NCBI RefSeq assembly: GCF_009914755.1
Contig: NC_060934.1
Strand: one strand, 5' to 3'
DNA: 64,000 nt
From: the human T2T-CHM13v2.0 reference genome, Homo sapiens
This document shows positions 50,417 through 63,169 of the stretch, piece by piece (the first letter of the stretch is position 1; each line of letters opens with the position of its first letter). The position numbers and the translations under genes were made by a program. The notes under the pieces are model-generated. The model did not search any database. It was not told the DNA's origin and saw only the letters and a program-made list of their open reading frames with translations.

Positions 50417-50790
50417 TGCTCCTTCCAGGGAGGACTGGCAAGGTCTGGTCATCTTGTGTGTCCTGCACACAGGCGTCACCTGCCACTTGTTGTGCTCTAC
50501 CCCAGGGGGCATGCCCTTCTTTGCAAAAGGCACAGAGGTGGCCTTTCAGCCTCCACCAAGGCCAGTGCCCAGGCTCGAGGCACGCACACAGTTCTTCACT
50601 CAGGGTTAGGGCACCTTTTCCTTTAAGTTCTCTCCAGCAACCCCAGCATCTGCATCTCCATCAGCACCGCCTCCAAAGACCCCTCCCAAATAGAACACGG
50701 TCTGCATCCATGCAGCAGGGGAGGTTTCAAGCTAAAAGCGGATACAATTTTGGGGAAGAATATAAAATTACAAATACAAAACCACAAGCA

Positions 50791-51080
50791 GGCCGGGTGC
50801 CGTGACTCACGCCTGTAATCCCAGCACTTTGGGAGGCCGAAGCAGGCAGATCACTAGAGGTCAGTCTGGCCAACTTGGTGAAACCCATCTCTACTAAAAA
50901 TACAAAAATTAGCTGCGCATGGTGGCATGTGCCTTTAATCCCAGCTACTCAGAAGGCTGAGGCAGGAGAATTGCTTGAATCCAGAGGCAGAGGTTGCAGT
51001 GAGCTGAGATCGTGCCACTGTACTCCAGCCTGGATGACAGAATGAGACCCTGTCTCAAAAAATAAAAAATAAAATAAAAT
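50791..51080 (+). mobile_element. AluS with B-box deletion
   Basis: ggccgggtgccgtg...; reads gaggtcag|tctggccaac, lacking gagttcgagaccag; A-rich tail. Confidence 0.95.
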
Positions 51081-52624
51081 ACACCCCGCATGCAGGGCCT
51101 TGAAATGGATTTCAGTGACGGGTCTCTAGGAGAAGCTTCTGGATTCCAGTGAACTCAACCCATTTGTTTTGCATGTGCACATTTAAGGCAGTGTGCCAGG
51201 CCCTTCCAACAGACAGCAGCCGCCTTGTCCTGCAAACCCTTCTGCTCGGAGTTGTACATGGCTGCTGTTAGACCCTTTCTTGGGGGCAGATTTTGAGGGA
51301 GCAAGAGTAGTTGAGGGTGTGGTGGAGAGTAGGGGAAGGAAGGGAGAGCCCAGCAGTTGCTGTGGCTTTCAGAGGGCATGAGAAGCCTGGCTCTGATACT
51401 TACCAGCTGCATGACTTGGTGTTCCCTTCTGTCAAATGGAAATAAGGGTTAGAGAAAGACCAGAGGTGGAGACTCTGGCAGATAGCCTGAAACTGTAGGT
51501 GCTAAATAAGCATCCATTCACTTCCACTTCCCTTCCCTGGAGGGAGCAAGAGTAGAGGGCCTGAATGTTAATATGGGAGTCATCAATCACAAACTCGACA
51601 GGATTCCCAAAATTTGACCTCACCTATGAGCCCTGAATTTCTTTTCTTCCCCAAAGCATCATGAGATTAGGGCTTTCCACTCGCTCTGACTTGTCTCTGA
51701 AACCCTGTTTGTCAAGACTCATCCTCGGGAGGGAAAGGGAGTTGCGCGTTCTGCATTAATTTGATGGGTTAGGCTCTTCTCGTGTTTACCAGGCGAGGCT
51801 GCCACCAGCCACGTGGCCTCAAGGCTGCCGACAGCAGGTGAGCTTCCCCTACTGGAAAGGAAAACTTGACATTTCTTCAGATTGGCTGAGTCTCTCATTC
51901 ATGCAGAAAATGAGACATGATATCAAAAGCACATGGGGCTCAGAGGTATTAAGCAGCCTTTATGGGCCTGTCAAATCCCATTTGAGGGGCGGAACTTCCT
52001 TTACCTGATATCTGTAGTAACTTCGTGATGATTATAGTTCCTGGGCCCTGGGCCCTGATGCTTCTCTAGGATACAGTAACAGTTCCCTCTCTAAGTGGGA
52101 CCTGGAAGCCAGTCTCTTTTCTGGGGCTACTGGGTACGGCGGCATCTAATGACAGAGTCTGCCTGATGCTAAGTCATAATTCAAGTGTGCAAAAATCTCT
52201 CCAAACTGGGATACATGGAGGGTGTTCTCCCTGCTATAGAGTGGGGCCAACCCCTTCAGTCCTCCTGCTCCTGGGCCTCTGTAGGTGGATGTGGAGACGA
52301 GAATGGGTTTCAGGCTGTATTTATGGCTGGCTTCTCCATGTGGAATCTACAAGTCCTGGTCCCTCCCACTCCCCTCGCATTGCATTGAAATACAACAGCC
52401 ATTGGTCACTGTTTCCATTAGAGCTCCACTAACCTTATCAACGTCAATACTGAATCTGACCAGGTGATGTGTGAATGGCTGTGCGCATTGATGGGATTTG
52501 ACTGTGTGCTTCTCTGGGGTGGGGTCTGACCTGCCTTCTCCTCTTTACATAGCATTTGGTTCAAAAATGAGGAATTTAAAGATGCCTCAATGTTCACCAA
52601 GGAGGCATCTGTGTCAGTGACTGG

Positions 52625-52712
52625 GAATGGTGGTGCACTGTGTTTGCCCCAAGCAACGGGTGTTTTCTAATTTGCCCAAAGGTGACATAAGGGCTAGCTG
52701 TGGTCTGGGGCA
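52625..52712. mobile_element. MER91-like hAT-Tip100 fragment
   Basis: 'ttttctaatttgcccaaaggtg...gggctagc'. Confidence 0.5.
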
Positions 52713-52884
52713 GCAGCACCCTAACATGTTAGCTCCTTAACATGAAGGATGTCAACAGAGAAAACTCTAGTACATAAATTCGAGTGGGCACTCTTCCTGG
52801 CAAAGATTTTCTTGTCAGCAGCAGGAAGAACGACCCATTACTTCTGCCTTTGCTACCACTCCTGATTCAGCTACCCTCTCTTGG

Positions 52885-53075
52885 GCTCCTACCAATGTGC
52901 TAGGAATATATGTGCTCTTTATACATGTGGCTTTTTACTTCTCATACGGGTATTTTTATCCCCATTATTTCAAAAAAAAGGAAATTGAGTCTCAGAAAAG
53001 CTCTGTAACTTGCCTAAATACACAGCTTGCCATGGGTGGAGTCAGGATTTGAACTCATGACTCCCTGACTCTGAG
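52885..53075 (-). mobile_element. MIR SINE
   Basis: 'aggaaattgagtctcaga...taacttgcctaa...caggatttgaactca'. Confidence 0.75.
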
Positions 53076-53194
53076 GTCAACATGTTAGGGGCCTCGAGCT
53101 GTCAGCTTTCCAGGGTCCCAGGAACATGAACGGCTCACAGATGAGGGGTCCACATTTATACACACACCCAAACATACATACGTGTTTAAATTGC

Positions 53195-53925
53195 AAAACA
53201 TAATTTATATACAAAAATACATAAAATAAATTCACAAATACATAAATTATTGTAAAGAATACACCTTTCAACTTCCATTTAGGTCAGGAAACAGAACATG
53301 GCCAGCACCTGAGACACCCCCTCGTGTCCCTTCCAATGACCACCACAGCCTACTCTGACTCTTACAGAAATCACTTCCTTGCTTTTCTTTATTGTTTTAT
53401 CACTTAAGTGAGTGTCCCCAAGCAGCACAGTTTCATTTTGCCTGTCTTTTGAACTTTCTGTAACTGCAATCATGCAGTGCAATTCAGCTATGCCTGGGTT
53501 CTTTCATCCAACAATGTGTGTGTGAGATTCATCCAGGTTGTCAGGTGTAGCAGTAGTTTATTTTCATGTATGTATACTATTTTATTATATGACTATTCTA
53601 CCATTTATTTATTTCTTCTTCTTTTATAGACCTTTGGGTTGTTCCAATTCAGGGTTATTATGAATACTGCTACTGTGACAATCTCTTATGTGTTCCTGGG
53701 TCATTATTGAGTATAGATCTGGGAATGAAATTTCAGGGTCGAAGGATGTGCCTATTTTCAGAAGATACTTGACCAAATGTTTACTAATGTCATTGACATT
53801 CCCATCAGCAATGTGGGACAATTCCAGTTACTCCTCCCCTTCACCAATACTCTGTGTTGTCAATCTTTGTAACTTTAGCCATTTTGGTAGGTATGTAATG
53901 ATATTCCCTTGTGATTTCAGACACA
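53195..53925 (-). mobile_element. L1ME 3' fragment
   Basis: 'ttttgcctgtctttgaacttt...gtgagattcatccaggttg...tttgggttgttcca...cattcccatcagcaatgt'. Confidence 0.8.
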
Positions 53926-54344
53926 ATTTTTATGGCTATATTTATTCTGGTGAAGCACAACTTATCTTTCTCTGAGTGGATAGGACTCTGTGATATTGAG
54001 GGGAGCTTATTGCAGTACTCACCAGTCAGCTGGTGTCTGGGCATTTTGTACACACCACACATCACCCCTGTTTAAGCACAGAAGTACACAAGTGTTGAGG
54101 ATTTCCCAGGCTGAGCTCTCTGCAACTTGCAAATAATGTTCTTGAAAAGTTGGCTTATGGGAAATCCACGTGGATGTCTGTGCTTCAGATCAACAAGCAG
54201 TCAAGCAGTGTGCACCTGGGCATGGATGGCAGCCCTGCTTCTTGAGGGTCCCCCATCCTCATCCCAGCTCTTCCTGTTTGTTGTCCTGGTGCCGTCAATC
54301 ACCTAAGATTTCTGGGGGTGGCTAATGGTCATAGCTGACACTTT

Positions 54345-54462
54345 CTGGACATCTTTCTAGGCCTCAGTTTTCTCAACTGGAAAGAGGGGCTGTTGAGATG
54401 AGTGAATGAAATGGTGCATGCAAGCCCTGGGCATGGTGCCTGGCATAGAATAGGTGCTCAGT
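54345..54462 (+). mobile_element. MIR 3' half
   Basis: 'gcctcagttttctcaactgg...gtgcctggcatagaataggtgctcag'. Confidence 0.7.
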
Positions 54463-54627
54463 CATGGGGCTGAGACTAGGGCGTGACAAGTGAGGTGCCT
54501 AAGGTACAAAATTTAAGGAGGCGCTCCCTGTCTGATGCCAAGCCTGCATTTGCAAGACCCTGTGAACCACTGCCTCCTTAAATTTCAGCTTTAGGCACCT
54601 TCATCCCTTCATCTACTCCCAACCCTG
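54463..54627. mobile_element. MER96-like palindromic hAT MITE
   Basis: Inverted arms aggtgcctaa...aaatttaaggaggc / gcctccttaaattt...ttaggcacct. Confidence 0.75.
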
Positions 54628-55109
54628 CTGGGTTTTGATGCTGTTGCTGATTCTCTGCCCTGGGCCTCACCCCATTCTGAGTCCTGCATTACTACTCATT
54701 ATGAAACTTCAGGGGCTTCTAATACCAATTTGCTTGGTATTTTACACAACACTTATGAAACATGAAATAGAATGGAAGTTCATCTTACATAATAATTGAG
54801 TTGGGAAACTAAGGTTTCAGTTATACATACATATATGTGTACAAGTTCAGAGTGTGAAATGCATTTCTTACTGTGGGTCACAGTAAAAAGTTTAGAAAAC
54901 TGCTGCTCTGTCAACCCTGCACCATCAACAGTGCCCAGAACACCACCCACTTTGTCCTCTGCCCCTGCTTCATCTGCCAAGTTAGTCCTGACCCTCAGGT
55001 ATCCTGGACTGAGCACCCCACCCCTCTGAAGTCTGCCCTGCCTCCTGCAAGCAGAGGCCAGTTCCTGCTTCTTTGTGTTGCTGCCTTACATGCAACACGA
55101 CAGTGAGAC

Positions 55110-55340
55110 ATCGGCGGTGGGGCCAGACGGCCTGGGTTCCAATCCCAGCCTGCTTCTTACTAGACATATGACCTGGGGCAAGTCACATGTGCTCTCTATT
55201 TCTCAGTTTCCCCTGTTTGTGAAATAGGGATAGCAACACCCACTGGTTGGACTGATGGAAGGATCAAATGAGTTAATACATGAGGGTGCTGAGACCAGCT
55301 GCTGGTGAGCTCTCATGGCGTGTTAGCAGTAGTTTTATTT
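55110..55340 (+). mobile_element. MIR SINE
   Basis: 'gccagacggcctgggttccaatcccagc...ctcagtttcccc...ggatcaaatgagttaataca'. Confidence 0.85.
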
Positions 55341-55878
55341 ACAGCTCAGGCCCTGGCGTGGGGACATTTCTTTGCCTTTCAATGATTTGTTTTCCTGTTT
55401 AACTGGTGTCCTGGACTGAGGCTCGTTGAAGGGAGAGTGTCCATCTGCTTAGAGTTTGTGGCTCTAGCTCCAAGCCCTAGGCCATGCACACGGTAGCCGT
55501 AGCCCAAGCCTCAGCCTTCCCCATGCTGAGTTTCCTCCATCCAGGACACACTGGGGAACCCAGGGTTTGTCTTGTGTCTGACTCTCCAGCAGTGCCCACT
55601 AGCATTTGCTGATCCCTTGGAACCTCCATGCACTTTGGGTCATCAACTGAGACTTCTGGGCCATGAACCTTTGGCAGGCAGGCCCTGGGCACCTGTGGGG
55701 AAGGAGGGTGAGGTGAGAACAACACAAGCTTTTGAGGCACTGTTTCCCCGTCCCCACCACTTTGTCACTTGTTGCTGCCCAGCTGGGTCAGATTTTATTG
55801 GAAAGATTGGAGTAACTCATAGGAATTACAATGCAGGGAGGGGAAGATGCAAAACTGCCCCATTCACAGGAATCCCAC

Positions 55879-56181
55879 AGCTGTGGTCTGAATATTTGTC
55901 CCCTCCAGAACGGATGAATGCGTTATCATAGGAATGGGAGTCGTGGCTTTATAAGAAGAGGAAGAGAGACTGGAGTGGGCACGCTCAGCCCCCCTCCCCG
56001 TGTGATGCCCTGTGCCACCTTGGGACTCTGCAGAGGGTTCCCCCAGCAAGAAGGTCCTCACCAGATGCAGCCCTTTGGCTTTGGGCTCAGCCTTCACAGC
56101 TGTAAGAAATAAACTCCTTTTCTTTATGAATTACCAAATTTCAGATATTCAGGTATAAGCAACAGAAAACAGATCAAGGCA
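55879..56181 (+). mobile_element. MST (C/D-like) solo LTR, internally deleted, 5-bp TSD
   Basis: 'tgtggtctgaatatttgtccc...ctgtaagaaataaa...agcaacagaaaacaga'; TSD CCCAC at 55874-55878 and 56182-56186. Confidence 0.85.
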
Positions 56182-56701
56182 CCCACAAATTCCCAAAGAA
56201 AGCCCAAAGAGGAGCTGGCTTCCTGGCTGTGGTGCCCTGTCCTTGGGTCCTCCCTTCCCTGAGAGCTGCCTCCTCCTTTAAGCCTTTTAGAGTTCATCTC
56301 TAGCCCCCATTGGGGAAGCACCATGATCTACTCAAAGGGATTGGCCTTGCCCTGGAATTAATCCACTTCCTTTCAGCAGCCAAACTGTAAACCTTGCAAC
56401 TCATTTCCAGAGGCCTATCAATTTGTTGATGACTGACAAAAGGTGTATGTGTGTATGTGTGTGTGTTTTGGGGGAGACCAGAGGGTGTCTGAGCAGGACA
56501 ATTTGGGGTAGAGCCATACCATGTCAGTTCTTTTTCCAGATTGCCCACCAAGGGAAGGTGTGAAGGGATGATCTGCCTATGGATCAGCATGTACACACAA
56601 GTACAAATGAACACACGCATGTAAATACACAGATGCTACATCCAATGTACAGTAGACATACACATCACACATATATCTTTACTTTTATAATACCATACAC
56701 A

Positions 56702-56736
56702 CAGCAAGAGACAAAGAAGTCAATACTAAATTCTGT
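56702..56736 (+). repeat. 35-bp copy of 59392-59426
   Basis: 34/35 identity; flanked by the 9-bp direct repeat ccatacaca. Confidence 0.9.
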
Positions 56737-57009
56737 GCCCATACACATATAACCACACATGCACACACATCTATGAAACATAAGTAAAAGCACGCACATG
56801 CTCAAATGCGAACCTCTTTCACTGACAAATAATAATTCTCAGAGATCAAACAGCTTAAAACATATTAAGGCATAAAGACATTTTCCTAAATGTAATTTCA
56901 TCCTCACAGACTCCTGCCCTCCATGGGAAAAGCTTCTACAGCATTAATGAATGTGGTGTCAGTTTCTCTCTCTCTTTTTTCTTACTTTTTTTTAAAAAAG
57001 GGTTTAAAA

Positions 57010-57270
57010 ATTATTTTATTTTAAATTGAGAAATAATAATTGTATATATTTATGGGGTACAGTGTGATGTTATGATGCATGCACACATTGTGGAATGATT
57101 GATTCATGGTAATTAACATATCCGTCACCTCACATACTTATCATTTCTTTGTGATGAGAACATTTAAAATCTACTCTTTTAGCAACTACGAAATACACAA
57201 TATATGATCAATAACTAGTCACCAGGTTGTGCAATAGATCACTAGAACTTACCCATCTTGTCTAACTTTT
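57010..57270 (-). mobile_element. L1MA (7-9-like) 3' end
   Basis: 'aattgtatatatttatggggtaca...gagaacatttaaaatctactcttttagcaa...gcaatagatc'. Confidence 0.85.
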
Positions 57271-57564
57271 AACCCTTGTTTGGCCAGCCCCAGGTTACTC
57301 TTTGGAACCCATTTGCATAAGGAACTGGGGCTATTTCAGAGCCCTTGACCCATTTATGGCTTCACAATAACTAGATAGAAGTTTTGATATTAACTCTCAT
57401 CCGCCTCTCAGGACGACACACCTCCAGAGCACAGCGTTCTCTTGAGGGTGGAAGGGAGGGAGGCAGGGTGAGGATTTATGATCCACCTGTATGGGCAAAG
57501 CCTTGGGGTTCCTGCTTCTATTACATAGTCACTAAAGCTTAGAGGAATAAATGAGTAAATGAAT

Positions 57565-58390
57565 CATATTGCAGAGGGTTTTGGAATCCAACAGACATGG
57601 GCTACAGTCCTTGTTCTGTATTTGTGTCAACTTGGGCAAGTCGCTTAATCTTTAGGAGCCTAAGTCCCCCACCTGCAAAATGGATATCATAATACTGCAT
57701 TCATTAGAATAAAGAGGAAACTGTAGTAACAAAACAAAGAGACACCAAAAGACAGTGCCTCAAGAAGGGCATGTCTAATTCCCTCTCACGTATCCGTCCT
57801 GGGAGAACAGCCAAGGTCGATGGAGAAGTTCTGTCCGTGCGTTATGCCAGGACCTGGGCTCTTTCCATCTTGTTGCTCCACTTCCCCTAGGACATTGTCT
57901 TCATGTCCATGGTCAAAATCAAGTGATCACCACGTTTGCACAGGAGTGGGAGGGAGATGATAGAGATAGAGCTAAAGATAGAGACAGAGATAGAGATGGA
58001 TAGAGACAGAGACAGAGAGAGATAGAGATGGAGATGGAGATGGAGATGGAGATAGAGTCAGAGATGGAGATGGAGATAGAGATATCGCAGCAAGGGGCTT
58101 GCCTTTGGAGTTGAAAATGACCCCAAAGTTGCACACATGGCTTGCAATAACATCCCATTGACCTAAATGTAGTCACTCAAGGTGCCTGAGAAATGCAGTC
58201 TAGTGGGGCAGCTACAACTCCCTTCCTATGAAAGAAGGGAAGATTGCTCTTTGGTGGATAACTAGTTGTCTCATCAAAAATAGCTACATCAGATGGCTGT
58301 AGTGAGAACTAAGTCATGTAATATGTATAACATGCAAAGCATAGGACCTGCCACTCCATCTGCATTTGAGAAATGGGAGCTATTATTTAA
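57565..58390 (+). mobile_element. MIR split by an antisense MLT1 LTR (about 57696-58275)
   Basis: MIR core to 'aaaatggatatcataatac'; MLT1-like 'ccaggacctgggctctttccatcttgttgctcc...catcccattgacc'; MIR tail resumes near 58280. Confidence 0.65.
57954..58085. repeat. Degenerate hexamer repeat (GAGATA/GAGATG/GAGACA)n
   Basis: Read directly. Confidence 0.9.
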
Positions 58391-58784
58391 TCATTTCAAA
58401 AGAATTCTTTTAGGGTGAATGTTATAATAATGTAATCAGAGTGCACATTTTCTTGGTACTTTAGTGGGGCAGGGTGGTATGGAAAAAATAAAACAACTCA
58501 GCTATAAATGAAATGTTTGGACAAGATTCAGGAAGTATATAACCTAGAAGCCAAAAGCCTTTCGTAGGATGTGACACCTGCTCCAGGTACCTCCCAAGGT
58601 GGAGTTGTGGATGAAGCATCGACTCAGATGAGGTGTCCCTCAGATGAGGCCTAGGATATAAGGATTTTGCAATGGCTGGTGGCAACCTGTGACTTGGTTC
58701 TCATGCCACTGGCAGATTCTGCCCGTCACATTCAGGAGGAAGTCTTCAGGACTGGGAGAAAAGCAGCAGGACATGCAGTACTCA

Positions 58785-58965
58785 TGGGATACCTGTGTCT
58801 AGTCTTAGCCCTGGGCAAATCACCTCACCTTTCTGCGATTCGTTTTTGTCCATGAACAAAGTGGGGACCCAAATCATGCTTACCCTACGGGGTGGTCATG
58901 AGATGAAGCAAGATAATGGGTATGCTGTAAGCTCTGAAGGGCTCTGCAGATGTGAGGAATTAGGG
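58785..58965 (+). mobile_element. MIR SINE
   Basis: 'ccctgggcaaatcacctcacctttctg...cttaccctacggggtggtcatgag'. Confidence 0.6.
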
Positions 58966-59542
58966 TAATTAACTCAAAGTAGGGGAAATCCATCACCAGC
59001 AGTCAGGTGTGTCCCCCAGCCCCCACTGGGGCTCATGTGGTGGGTGGGTGGAGCCCACGTACCTGTCCAAGAGAAATGCCTACCCATTCCCCTGGGAGTG
59101 GCAACGAAGCTGTCAGTCTTAATCAGAACTTCCTTTCTGCAAGCCTCTTCCTTCATGTCATAAACTTGGCACAGTTCAAACCTCTGCTTCAAGAGTTATT
59201 TTCTTTGAGTTTCACAAGTCGTCTTTTACCCGGAGGAGACAGAAGCCTCCACATTTCTTTCCACCTGGAAATCACCACTGTTCTGAGGCTGTCCTTGTTT
59301 CTCTGCTAAAGACATATTTGTATATCTACACCCCACAATTTTCCCATCTAACTTTCATTAAAGTTAATTGGCATCACAAGATTAAGACAGGCAGCAAGAG
59401 ACAAAGAAGTCAGTACTAAATTCTGTCTAGCCAGGTGGCTGGGAAAGTGACAAACTTCTGGAGGAAGGGACCACACCAAGTGTGAGTCCCAGGCTGCTGG
59501 CTTGCATCAAGTGTCTTCAGAGCAAGCTGCAAAAGTGTGCTC

Positions 59543-60154
59543 TGTACCCCCATGTTTATTGCAGTGCTAGTCAAGAGAGCCAAGATACGGAATCAACCCG
59601 GTGTCCAACAGCAGATGGATGCATAAAGAAAATGCAGTATACATACACAGTGGAATACTATTCAGCCACAAAAAAGGAAATCCTGTCATTCAAAGCACCA
59701 TGGATGGAAGTGGAGGGCACTATATTAAAGGATATAAGCCAAGAACAGAAAATTAAACACCACACGTTCTCATTCATAGGTGGAAGTTAAGAAAAGTTGA
59801 TCTCATAGAAGTAAAAATTAGACCAGAGGACACCAGAGGCTGGGAAGGGTAGGGGAAGGGAAGTTAAGGAGAGATTTGTTAAGGGACACAAAATTATGGC
59901 TAGATAGGAGGAATAAGCTCTAGTGTTCTATACCTCTGGAGGATGACTGTAGTTAACATTAAGATATCCTATAGTTTCAAATAGCTAGAAGGAGGATATT
60001 GAATGTTCCCAATACAAAAAAGGATAAATGTTTGAGATGATGGATATGCTGATTACCTTCACCTGATTGCCAAATATTATATGTATAGAAACATCACTAG
60101 GTACCTCACAAATATATACAAATATTATGTCAAAAATTAAAATAAAATTTAAAA
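59543..60154 (+). mobile_element. L1MA (5-like) 3' end, 5'-truncated
   Basis: 'cccatgtttattgcag...ggaatactattcagcca...gataggaggaataag...tttgagatgatggatatgct', A-rich tail; degenerate TSD aaaagtgtgctctg/aaaagtgcactttg. Confidence 0.9.
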
Positions 60155-60182
60155 GTGCACTTTGGATAGAGCCACAGCCTAG

Positions 60183-60593
<411 letters not shown>

Positions 60594-60619
60594 TGAAATA
60601 GTTAATTCACATTGCAGTT

Positions 60620-60840
60620 GTGACAGTAACTATTCATTGGGCATCTCCTGTGCTCCTCTCTGGGTTGGGGGCTGGACCCGCACTTGGGTTTCCACAGCGG
60701 CTGTAGGAAAGCTGGGGTTACCTGCATTTTACAGATGAGGAAGCCGAGGCTCAGAGACGTTTCATGGTTTGCCTGAGACTGCACAGACCAGTAGAGGGCA
60801 GAGTGAGGGTTTAAGCCCCAATCTATCGCGCTCCACAGCC
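60620..60840 (-). mobile_element. MIR SINE
   Basis: 'cattttacagatgaggaagccgaggctcagaga'. Confidence 0.75.
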
Positions 60841-61264
60841 AGGACACCAGCCAGTGGGGTGAAAGCGGGAAGGGAAGAGAAGACCTTATCTGGTGTCACG
60901 TCACTTGGAGATACCTTCCCAGGAAAGCTGTCTTTGGGCTGGCTGGACCTCCAGGCTTCCCTCTGTCCAGGGCTGATGTTTGCAGGGTCTATGAAAGGCT
61001 GGCTCAGGCCATCCTGGCTCAGCCCTTCTGTATCCTGCTTCAGGCCCTGGGCTCTCTGGAGCACAGAGTCCACAGAATCCACTGGCTTGTCACCCTCTTG
61101 GGAACAGGACCCATTTAACATGCAAACACTCCAAACATTTTCCTATCTGTTTAGTGTCTTAACTGAAAAAAGCAAAATGATTAAAAAGGTACTTTTGATT
61201 TAATAATGCAAGAAAATAGGCCTGTATTTTATTCATCATGACATCTAGGTAAATTGGCAATAAT

Positions 61265-61790
61265 GGTACAGATATCATAGACAATTCACAGAGGAAATCC
61301 AAATGGCCAGTAAGTATATGAAAAGATGATCAATCTCACTGGTAATCAGGGAAATGCTAATTAACAATAAGACATGATTTCATTCATTAGATAGGCAAAA
61401 ATTAAAAGTCTAATGTTATCTAGTGATGCTCAGGGTATGGGGAAATGTTTACTTTCATTTATTTTCTGTTCAGGGGAGTATAAATCAATGCAGCCCATTT
61501 GGAGGGGAATATAGTAGTGATTATTAAAACACACACACACACACTGTGGCTTAGCAACTTCACTTCTTGATAACTCTTCCAGTGTACAAGGTGAGATACA
61601 CATTGAATCACCATATGAAATAGCAAAACCACTGGAAATAAGTTAAATATCAATAGAGGCATGTTTACACGAATAACAGAATATTCATACAATGGAATAC
61701 TAGGCAGCCATTACAATGAATTAACAGATCAATATGTGCTGAAAAAGAAAGATTTCCAAGGCATATTGTTGAGCAAAACAATAGTATCCC
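61265..61790 (+). mobile_element. L1ME ORF2-end/3' fragment
   Basis: 'ttcacagaggaaatccaaatggccagtaagtatatgaaaagatg...atcagggaaatgc...tacaatggaatactaggcagcc'. Confidence 0.8.
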
Positions 61791-61801
61791 CTGTGATATT
61801 A

Positions 61802-62257
61802 TGTGGCAGCCAAGAGAATGAGCCTTGTACACCCCTAGGGATCATAACTGATGGAGGGTCCTAATTGCCGCACTTTGAGATCCATCGCTGCGTCTGAGTC
61901 TAGGCCATGCCTCCCATGGGCTGCTGGCTGGCAGTGACTGGATGTGGGAAGGATGATACTAAAGCAACCCTGTCACTAGAAGAAATGGGACTCCTTTATC
62001 GGCCAACTTTGAGCCCAGAACTCTCGGGTGCAGTCTAGAATGATTCCACCTACCTTCCATTACCCTTTCTTCACTCCGGGAGACCACACTCCATTGTGGT
62101 CTGCTGGTTACCCCAGGGTTGTCCTTATTTCTTGTCTGTTTCCTCCCTATATGTCTCCTTCCTTGTTTTTTCTCATACAGGATTTTTCCTTAATAGGATT
62201 CTTACACATTTAATCCAGTTTTGATGTCTACTTCTGTGAAGGCCCCGGGTTATGCAT
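61802..62257 (+). mobile_element. LTR16-like ERVL solo LTR
   Basis: 'tgtggcagcc...gagatccatcgctgcgt...ggccatgcctcccatgggctgc...catttaatcc...tctacttct'. Confidence 0.7.
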
Positions 62258-62267
62258 GTTTTGAATG

Positions 62268-62487
62268 CAGTGGTTCTTAAACTTCAGTGAGCACTGAATC
62301 TCACAAATGGTTCTCAAACTTTAGTGAGCATTAGAATCACTTACGGGAATTTATAAAACCCAGATTGCTAGACCCCACCCCTGCAGTTTGTGATTCAGTA
62401 AGTCTACGGTGGGACCTGGGAATTTACATTTTCACAAGTTTTGTGGTAATGCTGATGGCAAAGGACTACAGTTTGAGAACCACTCTG
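62268..62487. mobile_element. MER5A MITE with duplicated 5' end
   Basis: cagtggttcttaaact... repeated at 62308; ends tttgagaaccactc. Confidence 0.85.
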
Positions 62488-62621
62488 TTAACGTATAACA
62501 CACACAATTTTAATATTTGTATAAGTTTGCCTATGTATGTAAATTTGAAGAAAAATATCTGGGAAGCAACAGAGCAAAGTGAAAATGGTGTCTTTCTCTA
62601 GAGAGGTCAATGGGATTAAAG

Positions 62622-62850
62622 TCAGCATGTTATGTTGGCTAAAGCATGAACTCTGAAGTCACACATCCTGGGTTCAAATCCCAATTTTATAACGTGCTAT
62701 CTGTGGGGCCTTAGACATGTTCTTAACCACCCCATGCCTTGGGTTCTCATTTGTAAAATGTTGATAGTTATAACACCAATCTCTTGAGTTGTCTGGAGGA
62801 GAATATGAATTAATACATGTAAAGCACTTAGAACTTTGCATGTTTAGCAC
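62622..62850 (+). mobile_element. MIR SINE
   Basis: 'ctctgaagtcacacatcctgggttcaaatccc...taatacatgtaaagcacttagaac'. Confidence 0.85.
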
Positions 62851-63169
62851 TTGTCCTATACCTCTCGTTTATAGGAAGCACACTGTAAATACTTATTTTA
62901 TTTTTTAAATGAAATGCTGGTAACTGGTTCTTTAACTCTATCAGTTTGATTTTTTTTACAAGAATTGGTAATGTGTTACTCATATAATTAAAGCCTTTAA
63001 ATAAAAAGAAGAAAAACAGTTGTGCATACTTGTGTGTACAAGGCATATTCTATATTCAATCTACATGCAATGTTTGGTGAACGAATGAAGAACAGATTCC
63101 TTGCAAACTTCTTTCCCACCTTCCATCCCTTTGCAGGCCCTAAACTCAAAGTTATGAGCCTTTATTTTA

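Noticed and set aside
57919-58176. ORF with ISISIS repeat (likewise the SIYL-repeat ORF at 6831)
   Set aside because: Microsatellite translation artefacts
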